Shown: piece by piece, positions 9,630 through 21,000 of the stretch
How positions within the stretch are numbered: position 1 is the first letter of the stretch
How the letters are laid out: the number at the start of each line of letters is the position of its first letter
From: an uncultured delta proteobacterium
Lineage (GTDB): Bacteria; Desulfobacterota; RBG-13-43-22
NCBI GenBank assembly: GCA_963790475.1
Contig: CAWBOS010000010.1
Coordinates: 576,001 to 640,000, forward strand
Length of the DNA stretch: 64,000 bases
Direction of reading: 5' to 3'
Notes under the pieces: model-generated
What the model saw: the letters and a program-made list of their open reading frames with translations, nothing else
Told to the model about the DNA's origin: nothing
Databases searched by the model: none
Made by a program: the position numbers and the translations under genes

Positions 9630-10592
9630 GTGAGGGCCTATCAATTCGCGTTGGCCTATTTGATGGATCTGGCCTTGGGCGATCCTAAATACTTCCCCCA
9701 TCCTGTTAGGGGGATCGGATTTTTAATCCGAGTTTTTGAAAAGATTTTGCGATGGCCCTCTTCCCGGCCTTCCTGGGAAAAGGCGTCGGGGTGTCTTCTG
9801 GCCCTTGGATTGCCGGTGGGAATTTTTTTAATCACTTACTGGCTGATCGGGTGGATAAGACTAGTTCACCCCTGGGCTCAATCCCTGCTCATTATAATTC
9901 TGGCTTATACTACCCTGGCCACCCGCTCCCTTCATCAGGAAGCTTCACAAGTGGTCCGGGCCCTGAAAGAAGGCCGGACCTCCGAGGCCCGAAAAAAGTT
10001 AAGCCGCATCGTCGGTCGTGATACCGAATATCTGACCTATCCGGAGATCCTCAAAACGGTATTGGAGACCCTGGCGGAGAACCTTTCCGACGGGGTGATC
10101 GCCCCTTTGTTTTATCTCCTCTTAGGAGGGGTGCCTCTGGCCATGGCCTTTAAGACGGTCAACACCCTTGATTCCATGGTGGGGTATAAAGACAGCCGTT
10201 ATCTTCATTTCGGCTGGGCCTCGGCACGAATGGACGATCTTTTTAATTTCATCCCGGCTCGAATAACCGGTTTCCTGATTTGCCTCCTGGCCTGGCCTCT
10301 CGGGCTTTCATTCGAACAGGCCTGGCGCATCCGCCGGCGGGACGGCGGCAAATCCGAGAGTCCGAACGCCGCCATCCCTGAAGCGGCTTTGGCCGGGGCC
10401 TTACAGATCCAATTGGGGGGGCCGGCCTATTATGATGGGGAAAGGTATGACAAGCCCTTTTTGGGTGATGATCTTGCTGAAATTACCCTGGCGGAATATA
10501 AAAAAACGGTGATGATTATTTACGGTTCATCGCTGGTAATGGCTTTATCGGTTTTTGTCCTGCGACTCCTCTGGGATTGGGAAACCAAGTAA
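9630..10592 (+). CDS. cbiB: Adenosylcobinamide-phosphate synthase
   Basis: D...GDP...PHPV, IVGRDT, EN.SDGVIAPLFY, NTLDSMVGY, SPNA..PEAA.AGAL. Confidence 0.95.
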   Translation: MRAYQFALAYLMDLALGDPKYFPHPVRGIGFLIRVFEKILRWPSSRPSWEKASGCLLALGLPVGIFLITYWLIGWIRLVHPWAQSLLIIILAYTTLATRSLHQEASQVVRALKEGRTSEARKKLSRIVGRDTEYLTYPEILKTVLETLAENLSDGVIAPLFYLLLGGVPLAMAFKTVNTLDSMVGYKDSRYLHFGWASARMDDLFNFIPARITGFLICLLAWPLGLSFEQAWRIRRRDGGKSESPNAAIPEAALAGALQIQLGGPAYYDGERYDKPFLGDDLAEITLAEYKKTVMIIYGSSLVMALSVFVLRLLWDWETK

Positions 10593-10669
10593 GGTTATGC
10601 AACTTAACACCAATCCCTCAACGATGATTATATACGACCTTAAACTACTAAAGAGGGAGGCCGATCCGT

Positions 10670-10873
10670 CTACGCAGCAGCCCGCGCCGCGATTAATTCC
10701 TCGATCTCCTGGCCGAACTCCGAAAAGTTCAAAATGGTAAACCCGGTGATCTCACCGGTTACCGGGTCGAAGCGGATCAGCAAGTCCTCTCCCGAGTCAA
10801 GTGTCTCACTCGCCTGGGGCTCTCCAAAGGAAACGTAAAGGACATCTGCTTCTTTATCATAGGATGTATTCAC
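10670..10873 (-). CDS. DUF2283-family small protein (TA-associated), orphan
   Basis: YDKEADVLY.SF...D..TGEITGFTILNF. Confidence 0.75.
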   Translation of the reverse strand: MNTSYDKEADVLYVSFGEPQASETLDSGEDLLIRFDPVTGEITGFTILNFSEFGQEIEELIAARAAA

Positions 10874-11180
10874 GCTCTTTCCCTGGGTGTTCAGGCTATC
10901 GCTTTCTATCGAGCCACCGTGATGATAAGGGCCAATGCGACGTCAACAAGTTATTCTATAGTTTTCTATATAACTTCTCTCCCTAAAGGTTCCCTTGGGG
11001 AGAGAAACCCTGGCCATTAGTCTGTTTTGGTTGAATTATAGTTTGCCGATCCCTTGAGATATTTTGTAACCTATTATAAAAGATAAACATTATTTGACAA
11101 ATGAATTTTATCGCTTGAAATTTGAGTCGTGTATATTCTTCAAATTGACATCATATACAGAATAAGAAGGGTTCTTCCTG

Positions 11181-11306
11181 CCGGCGATCCCAGTTGCCCT
11201 ACAAGCCCAATTTGAAGAATATTTGAGAAATAAGGCAATTTCCACTAACTGCAAGGGGAATATAAAAAAGGAGAGCCTGCCCCGATTTATAAGTAAATTG
11301 CAAGAG
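11181..11306 (+). pseudogene. Internally deleted remnant resembling the N-terminus of deltaproteobacterial integron-integrase-like proteins
   Basis: Translates PAIPVALQAQFEEYLRNKAIS...KESLPRFISKLQE; recognised from memory only. Confidence 0.35.
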
Positions 11307-11405
11307 GGTTATGGGGTCAATTCTTTACATATTGAAAATTGCCAATGTCGATGGGCATGGTATATCCCAATTTAAGTGGGGCAGAGCCGACCCAAAATCA
11401 GAAAA

Positions 11406-11774
11406 CTAAGGAATAAGGATTACCCTTTCCAGGCCTTTGAAATGGGCGTCACTGGTTATTAAATCGGCGTTTTTCTCTACGGCCGTGGCATAAACCATGG
11501 CATCGGCCATGGGCAAGGCATATTTCAGGCTAAGGTCGGCAGCCAAAAGGGCAATGCTTTCCTCTAAAGGAACGATGGAGGTTCTTTTCATCAGGGATAC
11601 GGCCAGCAAGGCTTCTTCTTCGGTTTTTTCCTTTTTAATTTTTTTATAAACTTCATAGACCACAACCGTAGGGGTAACGATCCCGGAAAGGTCCTTCAAG
11701 TAGCCGGCATATTTCAAGGCCCGGGGGCCTTGACCGAAAAACTCTATCCACCCCGAGGAATCGAGCAGGATCAT
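11406..11774 (-). CDS. vapC: VapC PIN-domain toxin
   Basis: ILLDSSGWIEFF, EV, L.MADA..YATA, TSDAHF. Confidence 0.9.
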   Translation of the reverse strand: MILLDSSGWIEFFGQGPRALKYAGYLKDLSGIVTPTVVVYEVYKKIKKEKTEEEALLAVSLMKRTSIVPLEESIALLAADLSLKYALPMADAMVYATAVEKNADLITSDAHFKGLERVILIP

Positions 11775-11980
11775 GAGCGGTCCCGATCTTCCCGAAGGCC
11801 CTCGGTGTTTAGCCCTTTTAAAAACCCCTTAAAGAAATCCAAGGGTTTTTCCGGGATCATGTGGACCACCCCCCCCTTAACCACCACCACCATTTTTTGC
11901 CCGCTTTTCAGGTGGAGCTTTTCTCTGACCTCTTTAGGTATGACCACTTGATATTTTGGAGAAATAGTCGTGATTCCCAT
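11771..11980 (-). CDS. AbrB/MazE-family antitoxin (VapB)
   Basis: TISPKYQVVIPKEVRE.L.L..GQ; overlaps vapC start. Confidence 0.88.
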   Translation of the reverse strand: MGITTISPKYQVVIPKEVREKLHLKSGQKMVVVVKGGVVHMIPEKPLDFFKGFLKGLNTEGLREDRDRS

Positions 11981-12301
11981 TTTTATACCCCTTTTTTGAT
12001 TATCGATGAATAAATCGTAAAACAATAGCGGGGTTTTGTCAATAATTTTCATACCCAAGGATGATGGGTCGCTTCTTTTACATTTACAAATGAAAAATGA
12101 GCTTTGACTGATTAAGGAGTCGGACCAGGCAAACCCTAAGGCAACCAGGCAGAGGGGTAGAGTTGGTTCTAAGTTGCATTACTAATGGTAAAGTGAGATG
12201 AAAAAATTAAGTTCTGGTTTGGACAGCTCGGCCCGGGCCGTCCATTGAAATTGTTGGTTAAAAGATTGAAAATTTTTCATATTGATGATATGGCTTTTCA
12301 T

Positions 12302-12610
12302 ATGAAGACGACCTTTAATATCGATGACAGTCTTATGGCCCGTTTACGGCACGAATCCACTCGTCAGGGGGAGACCATCACCAAGTTGGTGGAAAGCGCC
12401 CTGTGTTTACTGCTCAAACAGGAAAAATCCAAAAACAAAAAAAACTCTGCAGGAACTGCCCTCCTTCGATGGGGGAATTCCCAGGGTGAATATCGCTAAC
12501 CGGGAGGCTCTTTACGACCAGATGGAAGGGACCTGATGTCCGGAGCATGTCTGTTGTCGCGAGTTGATTCGAAAATGGCACAGCCAAGTCCCTCCATGTA
12601 CATTACCTGG
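12302..12610 (+). pseudogene. RHH antitoxin with +1 frameshift in an A8 tract (12437-12444), followed by a deleted PIN toxin remnant
   Basis: MKTTFNIDD...[fs]LPSFDGG..VNIANREALYDQME; downstream PEHVCCRELIRKW fragment. Confidence 0.65.
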
Positions 12611-12639
12611 CAGACTCAATGAAATAAACAAGGTGAATC

Positions 12640-13713
12640 ATGGAACGTCTTATCCGCAAAAAGTCCCTGGAGGAATTGGTCGGGCAGCTTTTTATGGTTG
12701 GGTTCGAAGGGACCCGGTTCAATAGCGACCTTTCTTTCTTTCTGAAGAAATTGCATGTCGGCGGGATCATCCTTTTCAAAAGAAATGTCCAGGACCCCTT
12801 TCAACTGGCTGACCTGAGCCGGGAATTGCAGGAAAAGGCCCTGGAGTACTCTTCCGTCCCTCTATTGATAGCCATTGACCAGGAAGGGGGCACGGTTGCG
12901 CGTTTGGGACCACCTTTTACCCAGTTTGAATCCCAGTCGGCTATGGCTTCCTCAGATGATCCCGAAGGGAAAATCCGTCATTTTGCTCAGACCGAAGCCC
13001 GGGAGCTGAAGCTGGTGGGTATCAACATGAATTTGACCCCGGTCCTGGATGTCAATTCCCGCGGTCCGGAAGGAATAATGGCTTCCCGGTCTTACGGTTC
13101 TGATCCTCTTGAGGTGGCAGGGCTTGGGGCCTTATGCATCCGCGAATTCCAGCAGGCCGGAATTATTGCCTGCGCCAAACATTTTCCCGGTATCGGCGAT
13201 ACCGATCTGGACTCCCACCAGGACCTGCCTATCCAACAGAAGGACAAAACGGAACTGGAAAAGGTGGAACTGGTACCCTTTCGGGAAGCCATCAAAATTC
13301 CACCCGGGGCGGTTATGATCTCTCATATCCGATATCCGGCCTATGATCTTAAACACCCGGCCAGTCTTTCCGGGGCGATCATTACCGGACTCCTGCGCCA
13401 GACATTGGGGTATGATGGTCTGGTCATAACCGATGACCTGGAGATGGGGGCGATTGGCAGGCATTATGACATTGAAGAGGCCCTGCTTTTGGCCTTTACC
13501 GCCGGTGTCGATTGTTTGATGATCTGTCATAACCCGGAAAAAATCGAAAAGGGGTATTTCTATCTGTTAAATAAAATCAAAAAAGGGGTCATTCCTGAAG
13601 ATCGGTTTAGGCAAAGTCTTATGCGTATTCTGACCTTGAAACAGAAATTTCTTAAATCTTTCTTGCCTGAGCCTGAAAAAGAAATTAAGGAATATTTTTT
13701 AGCCAGGAGATAA
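12640..13713 (+). CDS. nagZ: Beta-N-acetylhexosaminidase (GH3)
   Basis: GGIILFKRN, IDQEGG.VAR, KHFPG.GDT..DSH, TDDLEMGAI. Confidence 0.92.
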   Translation: MERLIRKKSLEELVGQLFMVGFEGTRFNSDLSFFLKKLHVGGIILFKRNVQDPFQLADLSRELQEKALEYSSVPLLIAIDQEGGTVARLGPPFTQFESQSAMASSDDPEGKIRHFAQTEARELKLVGINMNLTPVLDVNSRGPEGIMASRSYGSDPLEVAGLGALCIREFQQAGIIACAKHFPGIGDTDLDSHQDLPIQQKDKTELEKVELVPFREAIKIPPGAVMISHIRYPAYDLKHPASLSGAIITGLLRQTLGYDGLVITDDLEMGAIGRHYDIEEALLLAFTAGVDCLMICHNPEKIEKGYFYLLNKIKKGVIPEDRFRQSLMRILTLKQKFLKSFLPEPEKEIKEYFLARR

Positions 13714-13762
13714 AAAGAAGAAGACCAGTCAGATATCTCCTAGAAAAGCGGAACAGATTAGG

Positions 13763-15931
13763 TTGACAGCTCATAAAGATCGAATAACAAGCCCGGAGCA
13801 AGAAAAAGAAAAGCTCAAACAGGAATTGGCCGCCTCTCGTAAAAAGGCAGCGCAATACTTGAAGTTGATTGAAAAAGCATTCGATATTATTTATGAAACT
13901 GATGCCAATGGACAATTCACTTTTGTTAATCGGGTTACCCAAAAGATAACCGGATTTTCCAGAAAAAACCTTATCGGCCGCCATTACCTGGATTTTGTTT
14001 CTCCGGATTACCGGGATGAAGCGGCCCGGATTTATGGAAAACAATTTGTATATAAGATCCGAAATACCTATTTCGAACTTCCTTTGATCGCCCGGACCGG
14101 AGAAAAACTCTGGCTGGGTCAGCATGTTCAGTTATTGGTGCGCGGGAATAAAGCGACCGGATTTCAAGCCATTGCCAGAGATATTACCCAGCAAAAACAG
14201 ATTGAAGAGGATCTGAAAAAATATCAGGAACAACTTGAGACCATAGTTGAAAACCGGACGATCGACCTGAAAAAGAAAAATGAAGCATTGAACCAGGAAA
14301 TTTCCGAGCGAAAACAGGCCGAAGCGGCTTTGCGGGAGAGTGAGGAAAAATATCGGACTATTCTTGAAACTATTGAAGACGGATATTATGAGGTGGATCT
14401 GACCGGCAGTCTGACTTTTTTCAACGATGCCATGACCCGGATCAATGGCTATTCACGGGCTGAAATGCAGGGCATGAACTACCGGCAATATACAGATCCG
14501 CTGAATGCTAAAATATTATTTGGAGAATTCAACCGAATTTATCGGACAGGAAAACCTTCCAAGGGTATCCAATATGAAGTGATTACCAAAAAGGGCGAAA
14601 GGAGAAGCCTGGAAACTTCCGTTTCTTTAATCAAAGACCCTTCCGGAAAACCGATCGGATTCAGGGGCATTTCACGGGATATTACAGAATTGAAGCGGGC
14701 CGAAGAGGCCTTACGGAAGGCCCATTCCAAGATGGCCTTGTTAATCAATTCCATTTCCTCCATCCTTGTTGCCGTTTCCGACGATAACCGGATCATCTTC
14801 TGGAATACCGAAGCTGAGAAGCAATTTGGAATCCCGGAGAAAGAGGTCCTTGGGAAACCTCTGATGGAGGTGAACATTCCCTGGGATGGGGACCATATCA
14901 TGCGGGGAATACTAGTCTGCCGCGCGGAAAACACATCGGTCTGGCTGGATAATATAAAGTTCCGTCAGCTCAACGGGAAAGAGGGTACCCTGGGAATCAA
15001 GATCGACCCTGTTTTTGGAGAGAAATCTTTGGAGATGGAGACCCTGATTCAGGGGGCCAATATCACCCAGCGCCGTATCATGGAGAGCCAGTTGGCTCAG
15101 GCCCGGAAATTGGAATCCATCGGTCAGTTGGCTGCCGGTATCGCCCATGAAATCAACACCCCGATCCAATATATCGGGGATAATGTCTATTTCCTGAAAA
15201 ATTCCTTTGAAGATTTAACTCAAGTTTTTTTAAAATATGGGAACTTAAGGGAGGCGATCAGAGCTGGGATGCCTGGTGTCCGAGAGGTCGACGAGGTGGA
15301 GAAGGTTATTCAGGAGACTAAGTTGGATTACCTGACCCAGGAGATTCCCAAGGCCATACAACAGACCCTGGAAGGGGTGGAACGGGTCAGTCGGATCGTC
15401 CAATCCATTAAGGCCTTTGCCCATCCGGGAAAAGAGAAGAAGGTCGATGTTGATATCAATAAGGCCATTGAAACCAACATAATGGTGGCTCGTAACGAAT
15501 GGAAGTATGTTGCTGAACTGGTCACTGATTTGGATACTTCCTTGCCCCCGGTGTCCTGTGTCTCGGGCGATATGAACCAGGTTATTCTTAATTTACTGGT
15601 CAATGCCGCTCAGGCTGTTTCCGAAGTAGTGGGTGGCGGCGCCGACGAGAAGGGTCGTATCTCAATATCCACCCGCCAGGATGACTCGTGGGTGGAGATT
15701 CGGATCAGCGATACCGGCAGGGGGATTCCTGTTGAAATTCAACCGAAAATTTTTGATCCTTTTTTCACGACGAAAGAGGCGGGAAAAGGAAGCGGCCAGG
15801 GACTGGCCATTGTCTATACGGCTATCGTGGATCGGCACCAGGGTTCTATAACTTTTGAAACCAAGATCGGCCAGGGGACTACTTTCATAGTCCGCTTACC
15901 TATAAAGGACCCGATGGCGGATGGAGATTGA
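13763..15931 (+). CDS. Cytoplasmic multi-PAS sensor histidine kinase (NtrB-like), no adjacent response regulator
   Basis: Three PAS/PAC units; GIAHEINTP, NLLVNA, DTG.GI, FDPFFTTK..GKGSGQGL. Confidence 0.92.
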   Translation: MTAHKDRITSPEQEKEKLKQELAASRKKAAQYLKLIEKAFDIIYETDANGQFTFVNRVTQKITGFSRKNLIGRHYLDFVSPDYRDEAARIYGKQFVYKIRNTYFELPLIARTGEKLWLGQHVQLLVRGNKATGFQAIARDITQQKQIEEDLKKYQEQLETIVENRTIDLKKKNEALNQEISERKQAEAALRESEEKYRTILETIEDGYYEVDLTGSLTFFNDAMTRINGYSRAEMQGMNYRQYTDPLNAKILFGEFNRIYRTGKPSKGIQYEVITKKGERRSLETSVSLIKDPSGKPIGFRGISRDITELKRAEEALRKAHSKMALLINSISSILVAVSDDNRIIFWNTEAEKQFGIPEKEVLGKPLMEVNIPWDGDHIMRGILVCRAENTSVWLDNIKFRQLNGKEGTLGIKIDPVFGEKSLEMETLIQGANITQRRIMESQLAQARKLESIGQLAAGIAHEINTPIQYIGDNVYFLKNSFEDLTQVFLKYGNLREAIRAGMPGVREVDEVEKVIQETKLDYLTQEIPKAIQQTLEGVERVSRIVQSIKAFAHPGKEKKVDVDINKAIETNIMVARNEWKYVAELVTDLDTSLPPVSCVSGDMNQVILNLLVNAAQAVSEVVGGGADEKGRISISTRQDDSWVEIRISDTGRGIPVEIQPKIFDPFFTTKEAGKGSGQGLAIVYTAIVDRHQGSITFETKIGQGTTFIVRLPIKDPMADGD

Positions 15932-15999
15932 GGAAAGGAGATTTTCTTCCCGAAGTCCCGCATTGGATCTCCATTGCTCATTCCCGGTCTAAACAGGAT

Positions 16000-16972
16000 T
16001 CATTCCGCCATTGTTAAACCCCTTTGCAGGTCCGGGGGCAATTCAACACTACAGGTTATTTGTTCTCTGGTAATCGGATGGGGCAGAGAAAGGTGGCCGG
16101 CGTGGAGGAAAAATCGGGTTAAAGGCAAACCTAATTTTCTGGCCGCCTTTTGATCCATAAAGGGTATCCCCAACCACAGGGTGGCCCTGAAAAGAAAGGT
16201 GGGCTCGAATCTGATGGGTAACCCCGGTTATCAGTTGGGCCTCAACCAGGGTATAATCTTTAAATACTTTTATCGGATGGACCCGGGTTATGGCCTTATA
16301 AGCCCGACCGCGCCGTGTGTCCCCGGGGGTACGAATGCCCTTCATTTTTCTTTCATCGGCCGGATCATGGGCCAGGGGCAGGGAAATCGTCGTAGGTTTT
16401 GGAAAAGCCCCTTCAACCAGGGCCTGGTAGGTTTTCTTCCATCTCCCGGCTCCCAGGTCTTTTTTGAGTTGCAACCAGGTCGACTGCTCCAGGGCAACGG
16501 CCAGCAAACCTGATGTTCCCGTATCTAAGCGGTGAACCAGGCCGGGTTCCAGAGGTTTGTTTCCAACCCCGATTATTCTCGGCCAGTGGGAGACCAGGGC
16601 ATTGGCCATGGTCCCCGTTTCAAACGGACTTAGAGGGTGGGTAGGCATCAACCCGGGCTTTTCAACAATCAAGAGGGACTGATCTTCAAAAATGACGGAC
16701 GGCCGGGGACCCTGATCGGGAACCGGGTAGGGACTCAGCGGACCGGGGATCTCAATTTCCAAGCGATCCCCCGGTGAGACCCTGAATCCTTTGGCCACCG
16801 GGCGGCCGTTGACCCGAACGGCCTTTTTTGAAAAAAGTTCTCCCCTGATCCGGCGGGAAAGAAGAGGCAGTTTCTGATTTATCAGAATATCCACCCGAAT
16901 GGTTCCGGGCAGGTCTACTGGGACCTGCCATTGGAACCGTTCGGGCGGACAGACATTAATTGGCGTACCCAA
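16000..16972 (-). CDS. RluA/RluD-family pseudouridine synthase with apparent +1 frameshift at T4 (16135-16138)
   Basis: S4 domain, HRLD.GTSG, TG.THQIRAH, P..GD.LYG; the FFLHA..L..HP motif continues in the shifted frame to TGA at 16000. Confidence 0.85.
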
Positions 16973-17264
16973 AGGTTAAGTGCCGAGGAGGTCAAGTTAG
17001 TTAGGAAGGTTTTTTATGCCGTTCAGGCGAGAGTTTCGGGAAACATCCTTTTTGCCCAGGTTCTGAGTCAAACTCAAATTTTAATCCTTAAAATAGACCT
17101 CTATTCCAGTAGTTAAAGTTTTCGTTTTACTTAACCTTGACCAAAATCGAATATTCTTCAAAACTCTCTTCCTATGACCCTGTCATAAGCAAAAGATGTT
17201 TTAGGGAAAAAGGTTTCCGGCTCTAAAAATTAACAAATGGTTATAACCTGAAGCTTTAAGGGCC

Positions 17265-17459
17265 TCATCGATTATAGAGATTAGCCTTTCTTTTTCGGCG
17301 GGCGGCTTCCCGCTGTTTTCGTTTTTTCTTCACGCTTGGCTTTTCATAGAACTCCCGCTGTTTGAGTTCTTTCTTCAGGCCATCCATCTGCATTTTTTTC
17401 CGTAACAGCTTTATGCCCGCCTCAATGTTGTTGTCTTTGACAAACACATTGATGGACAT
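17265..17459 (-). CDS. rpsU: 30S ribosomal protein S21
   Basis: EFYEKPSVKKKRK motif, 64 aa, basic. Confidence 0.92.
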   Translation of the reverse strand: MSINVFVKDNNIEAGIKLLRKKMQMDGLKKELKQREFYEKPSVKKKRKQREAARRKRKANLYNR

Positions 17460-17932
17460 TCTTTATAACACCCCTTTCTAATGGGAATATATGAATATAT
17501 CGCTTCATAATAAAATTATGAGTAAAATAAAAGAATTTTTATAACAAAAAAAATAAAATATGTCAATCTATTTTTAATAACCACTTGTAATTTTGTCTCT
17601 ATTTTCGGTCGATCCGGAAGGATTTATTAAAGAAGGTCAAGTTTTATCCGGAATTTAGAAAAATATGGATCAATGAGACCCTAAGGGGGCTCCCGGAAAC
17701 CATTAGCGCTTAAGGCGAACTTCTATACAAGAAAAAGACATCATGATCGAAGAAACCATAAGCGGTTGACATTCAACAACTAATTTAAAATACAATAAAA
17801 TTAAAATAAAGGACTGCCTATCTGTTTAAAAAAAAACCTCCCTGATGCTTGGCTTTTCTGATATCGGCGAGGACATCGAGCCCTGGAAATAAAAAAAATT
17901 CAATTATACCGGATTGAAACCATCAAAACTCA

Positions 17933-17960
17933 TTGACTCTTTTTTTTTTCATTCTATAAG
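17933..17960 (+). promoter_or_regulatory. Candidate sigma70 promoter of the FDH gene, T10 tract in spacer
   Basis: TTGACT-16 nt-TATAAG. Confidence 0.35.
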
Positions 17961-18039
17961 AAGGCGGTATTTCCAGCCGGATTTTTTATTTCTAAAACGG
18001 AAATAATTCATCAATTTTTTATATGGTGAGGAGCGAGCA

Positions 18040-21000
18040 ATGTCGAAAGTGTCCCTGAGTATCAATGGACGATCCGTACAAACGGAATCGGGTAACAGCA
18101 TCTTACAAGCAGCGACCGAGGAAGGGATTTTCATCCCGACCCTGTGTCAACATCCCCTGTTGAAACCGGAGGAGGCCTGCCGGATCTGCGTTGTGGAAGT
18201 GGAAGGGGAAGAAAAACTGGTAGCTTCCTGTGCCGCCCTGGTCAAAGAAGGGATGGTTATTGAGACCGATTCCCAGAGGGTTGTGGATGCCCGGCGAGGC
18301 ATCCTGGAACTGCTTCTGGAAAATCACTATGGGGATTGCCTGGCCCCCTGCCATCTGGCCTGCCCGGCGGGGATTGATATCCAGGGCTATGTGGCCCATA
18401 TCAGCCGGGGAGAATTTAGAGAAGCCCTGAAGCTGATCAAGGAGAAGAATCCTCTGCCCTTATGTATCGGCCGGGTCTGCCCCCATTTTTGTGAAGATGC
18501 CTGCCGTCGAAACCGGGTGGAACAACCCATTGCCATCAATCCCTTGAAACGGTTTGTGGCCGATTACGACCGGCTGGAGGGGATTTCCTATAAACCGCAT
18601 ATTCCGGCCGACAGCGGCCATAAGGTGGCTATTATCGGCGGAGGGCCGGGAGGTCTTTCAGCGGCCTATTATCTGCAGGCAAAGAGGTCATCAGGTGACT
18701 ATCTTCGATGCCAAGCCCCAGTTGGGGGGGATGCTCCGCTACGCCATCCCGGAATACCGCCTGCCCAAGAAGATCCTGGATCAGGAGATCCAGGGGATAC
18801 TGGATTTGGGGGTGGAGGTCAGACCGAATCTCTTTTATGGGAAGGATGTGACCCTGGCCGGCTTGCGTGAGGAAGGATATCAGGCCATCTTTATGGCCCT
18901 GGGGACCTGGAAATCGTCCCGGCTGGGTTTGGAAGGGGAAGACCTGCCGGGGGTGATGCATGCCCTGGATCTGTTGATCCGGACCTCCATGGGTGATAAA
19001 CTGGTTGATCGGGAAAAAGGTAATCATTATCGGGGACGGGAATACGGGGATGGATGCGGCCCGGACCTGCCTGCGGCTGGGGACCGAAGAGGTGACCATG
19101 CTCTATCGAAGGTCCCGGAAAGAGATGACCGCCCATCATGAGGAAGTGGATGCCACCGAGGCCGAGGGGGTCAAACTGGAACTTCTGGTTTCCCCGACCC
19201 GGATTATTTCTGAAAACGGCCGGTTCAAGGCCATGGAATTCATCCGCAATGAGCTGAAAGAGCCGGATGCCGGGGGACGGGCCAGGCCGGTTCCCATCCC
19301 CGGTTCCGAGGAGATTTATGAAGCGGATCTGGCGGTCATCTCCATCGGCCAGTTTTCCGATCTGACCTTTTTGCAGAATGATCCGGACCTGAAGGACCTG
19401 GTTCTTACCAAGTGGGGGACTCCGGATGCCGATCCCCAGACCCTGCAGACCTCCATCCCCGATCTGTTTATCGGCGGGGATCTTTTCCGAGGCCCGCAAA
19501 CGGTTATCCAGGCCATTGCCGACGGACGTACAGCGGCGGGTTCCATCCATCAGTATCTGACCCGGGGGGAAGTGAAAGCGGTCAAAAAGCCTTTCAATAT
19601 CAGCAAGGGGAAGAAACTGCCCCAGGTGGATGCGGTTAACTTTGAAGGCATCCCCTCAAAACCCCGGGTCCAGCTGCCTCAAATGACTTTGCCGGAACGG
19701 GAACATAATTTCAAGGAAGTGGAGTCCACCATCGGCCAGGCCGAGGCCATGGCCGAGGCAGCCCGGTGTCTGTCCTGCGGTTGTCTGGATGTTTTTGACT
19801 GCCGTCTGCGATCTTATGCCGACACCTATAATGTGGACATAGACAAACTCCCGGTCTGGACCAAAAGAAAATACCCCCTCCAGACGGAACATCCTTTCAT
19901 AACGGTTGATCCCAACAAATGCATCACCTGCCGGAGATGTGTGCATGGTTGTTCGGAATATCAGATACAACATGCCTTTGAATTGAATCAAGTTAATAAG
20001 GGAGGAAACGGGGGTCCCCCGGCTTTCACTCCCTCCATCAATGAACGCTGTGTCTCGTGCGGTCTTTGTCTGGCCAATTGTCCTACCGGGGCCCTGACGG
20101 AAAAGCCAGAGGGGTTGCCCGGCCCCTGGAAACTGGAGCGGGTCAGAACCACCTGCACCTACTGCGGCGTGGGCTGTCAACTTTATCTGGAAAAGGTCGG
20201 CGACCGGATTGTCCGGGTCACCGGGGTGGATAAAACGCCGCCCAATTTCAGTCATATGTGCGTCAAAGGCCGCTTTGGGTTTGATTTTATAAACCATCCC
20301 GACAGGCTGAAATATCCCCTGATCAAAGAAGACGGGCATTTCCGTCAAGCCTCCTGGGATGAGGCCCTGGACCTGGTGGCCAAGCGGTTTTTGGAAATCC
20401 GAGACCAATATGGGCCTGATTCCTTGGCGGGTCTTTCCTCGGCCCGGGCCACCAATGAAGAAAATTATCTGATGCAAAAGATGATCAGGGGGGTTTTCAA
20501 GACCAACAATATAGACCATTGTGCCCGGCTCTGACACTCCACCACCGTAGCCGGTCTGGCTGCGGCCTTTGGAAGTGGGGCCATGACAAATTCCATCTCT
20601 GAAATCGAGCAATCCAAAGTGATCCTGATCACCGGCTCCAATCCCACGGAAAACCATCCGGTGATCGGCGCGGCTATCAAAAGGGCGGTTCTTGACCACG
20701 GGACCAAGCTTATTGTGGTTGATCCGAGAAAAATTGAATTAACCGAATTCGCCACTGTATGGTTGAGACCGAAACCGGGAACCGATCTGGCTTGGATCAA
20801 TGGTCTTATTCATATTATTATCGAAGAAGGGCTATTGAATTCTGAATTTATCAAAGAAAGGACCGAAGGCTTTGAAGATTTAAAAGCCTCTTTAGCCGAT
20901 TTTACTCCATCCAGGGTCTCGGAGATCACCGGGATCCCGGAAAAAGATTTGGTTCAGGCGGCTCATATTTATGCCGAAGACCGGGCCTCGATTTTTTATG

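Noticed and set aside
11100-12200. Functional integron
   Set aside because: Only a doubtful N-terminal remnant; no catalytic integrase domain and no convincing attC sites.
17640-18039. Moco/Wco riboswitch upstream of the FDH gene
   Set aside because: No recognisable conserved core (CCTCCC...GGAAAGG next to the RBS); only scattered short matches.
19656-20699. 347-aa minus-strand ORF
   Set aside because: Antisense shadow of the FDH gene with no motifs.
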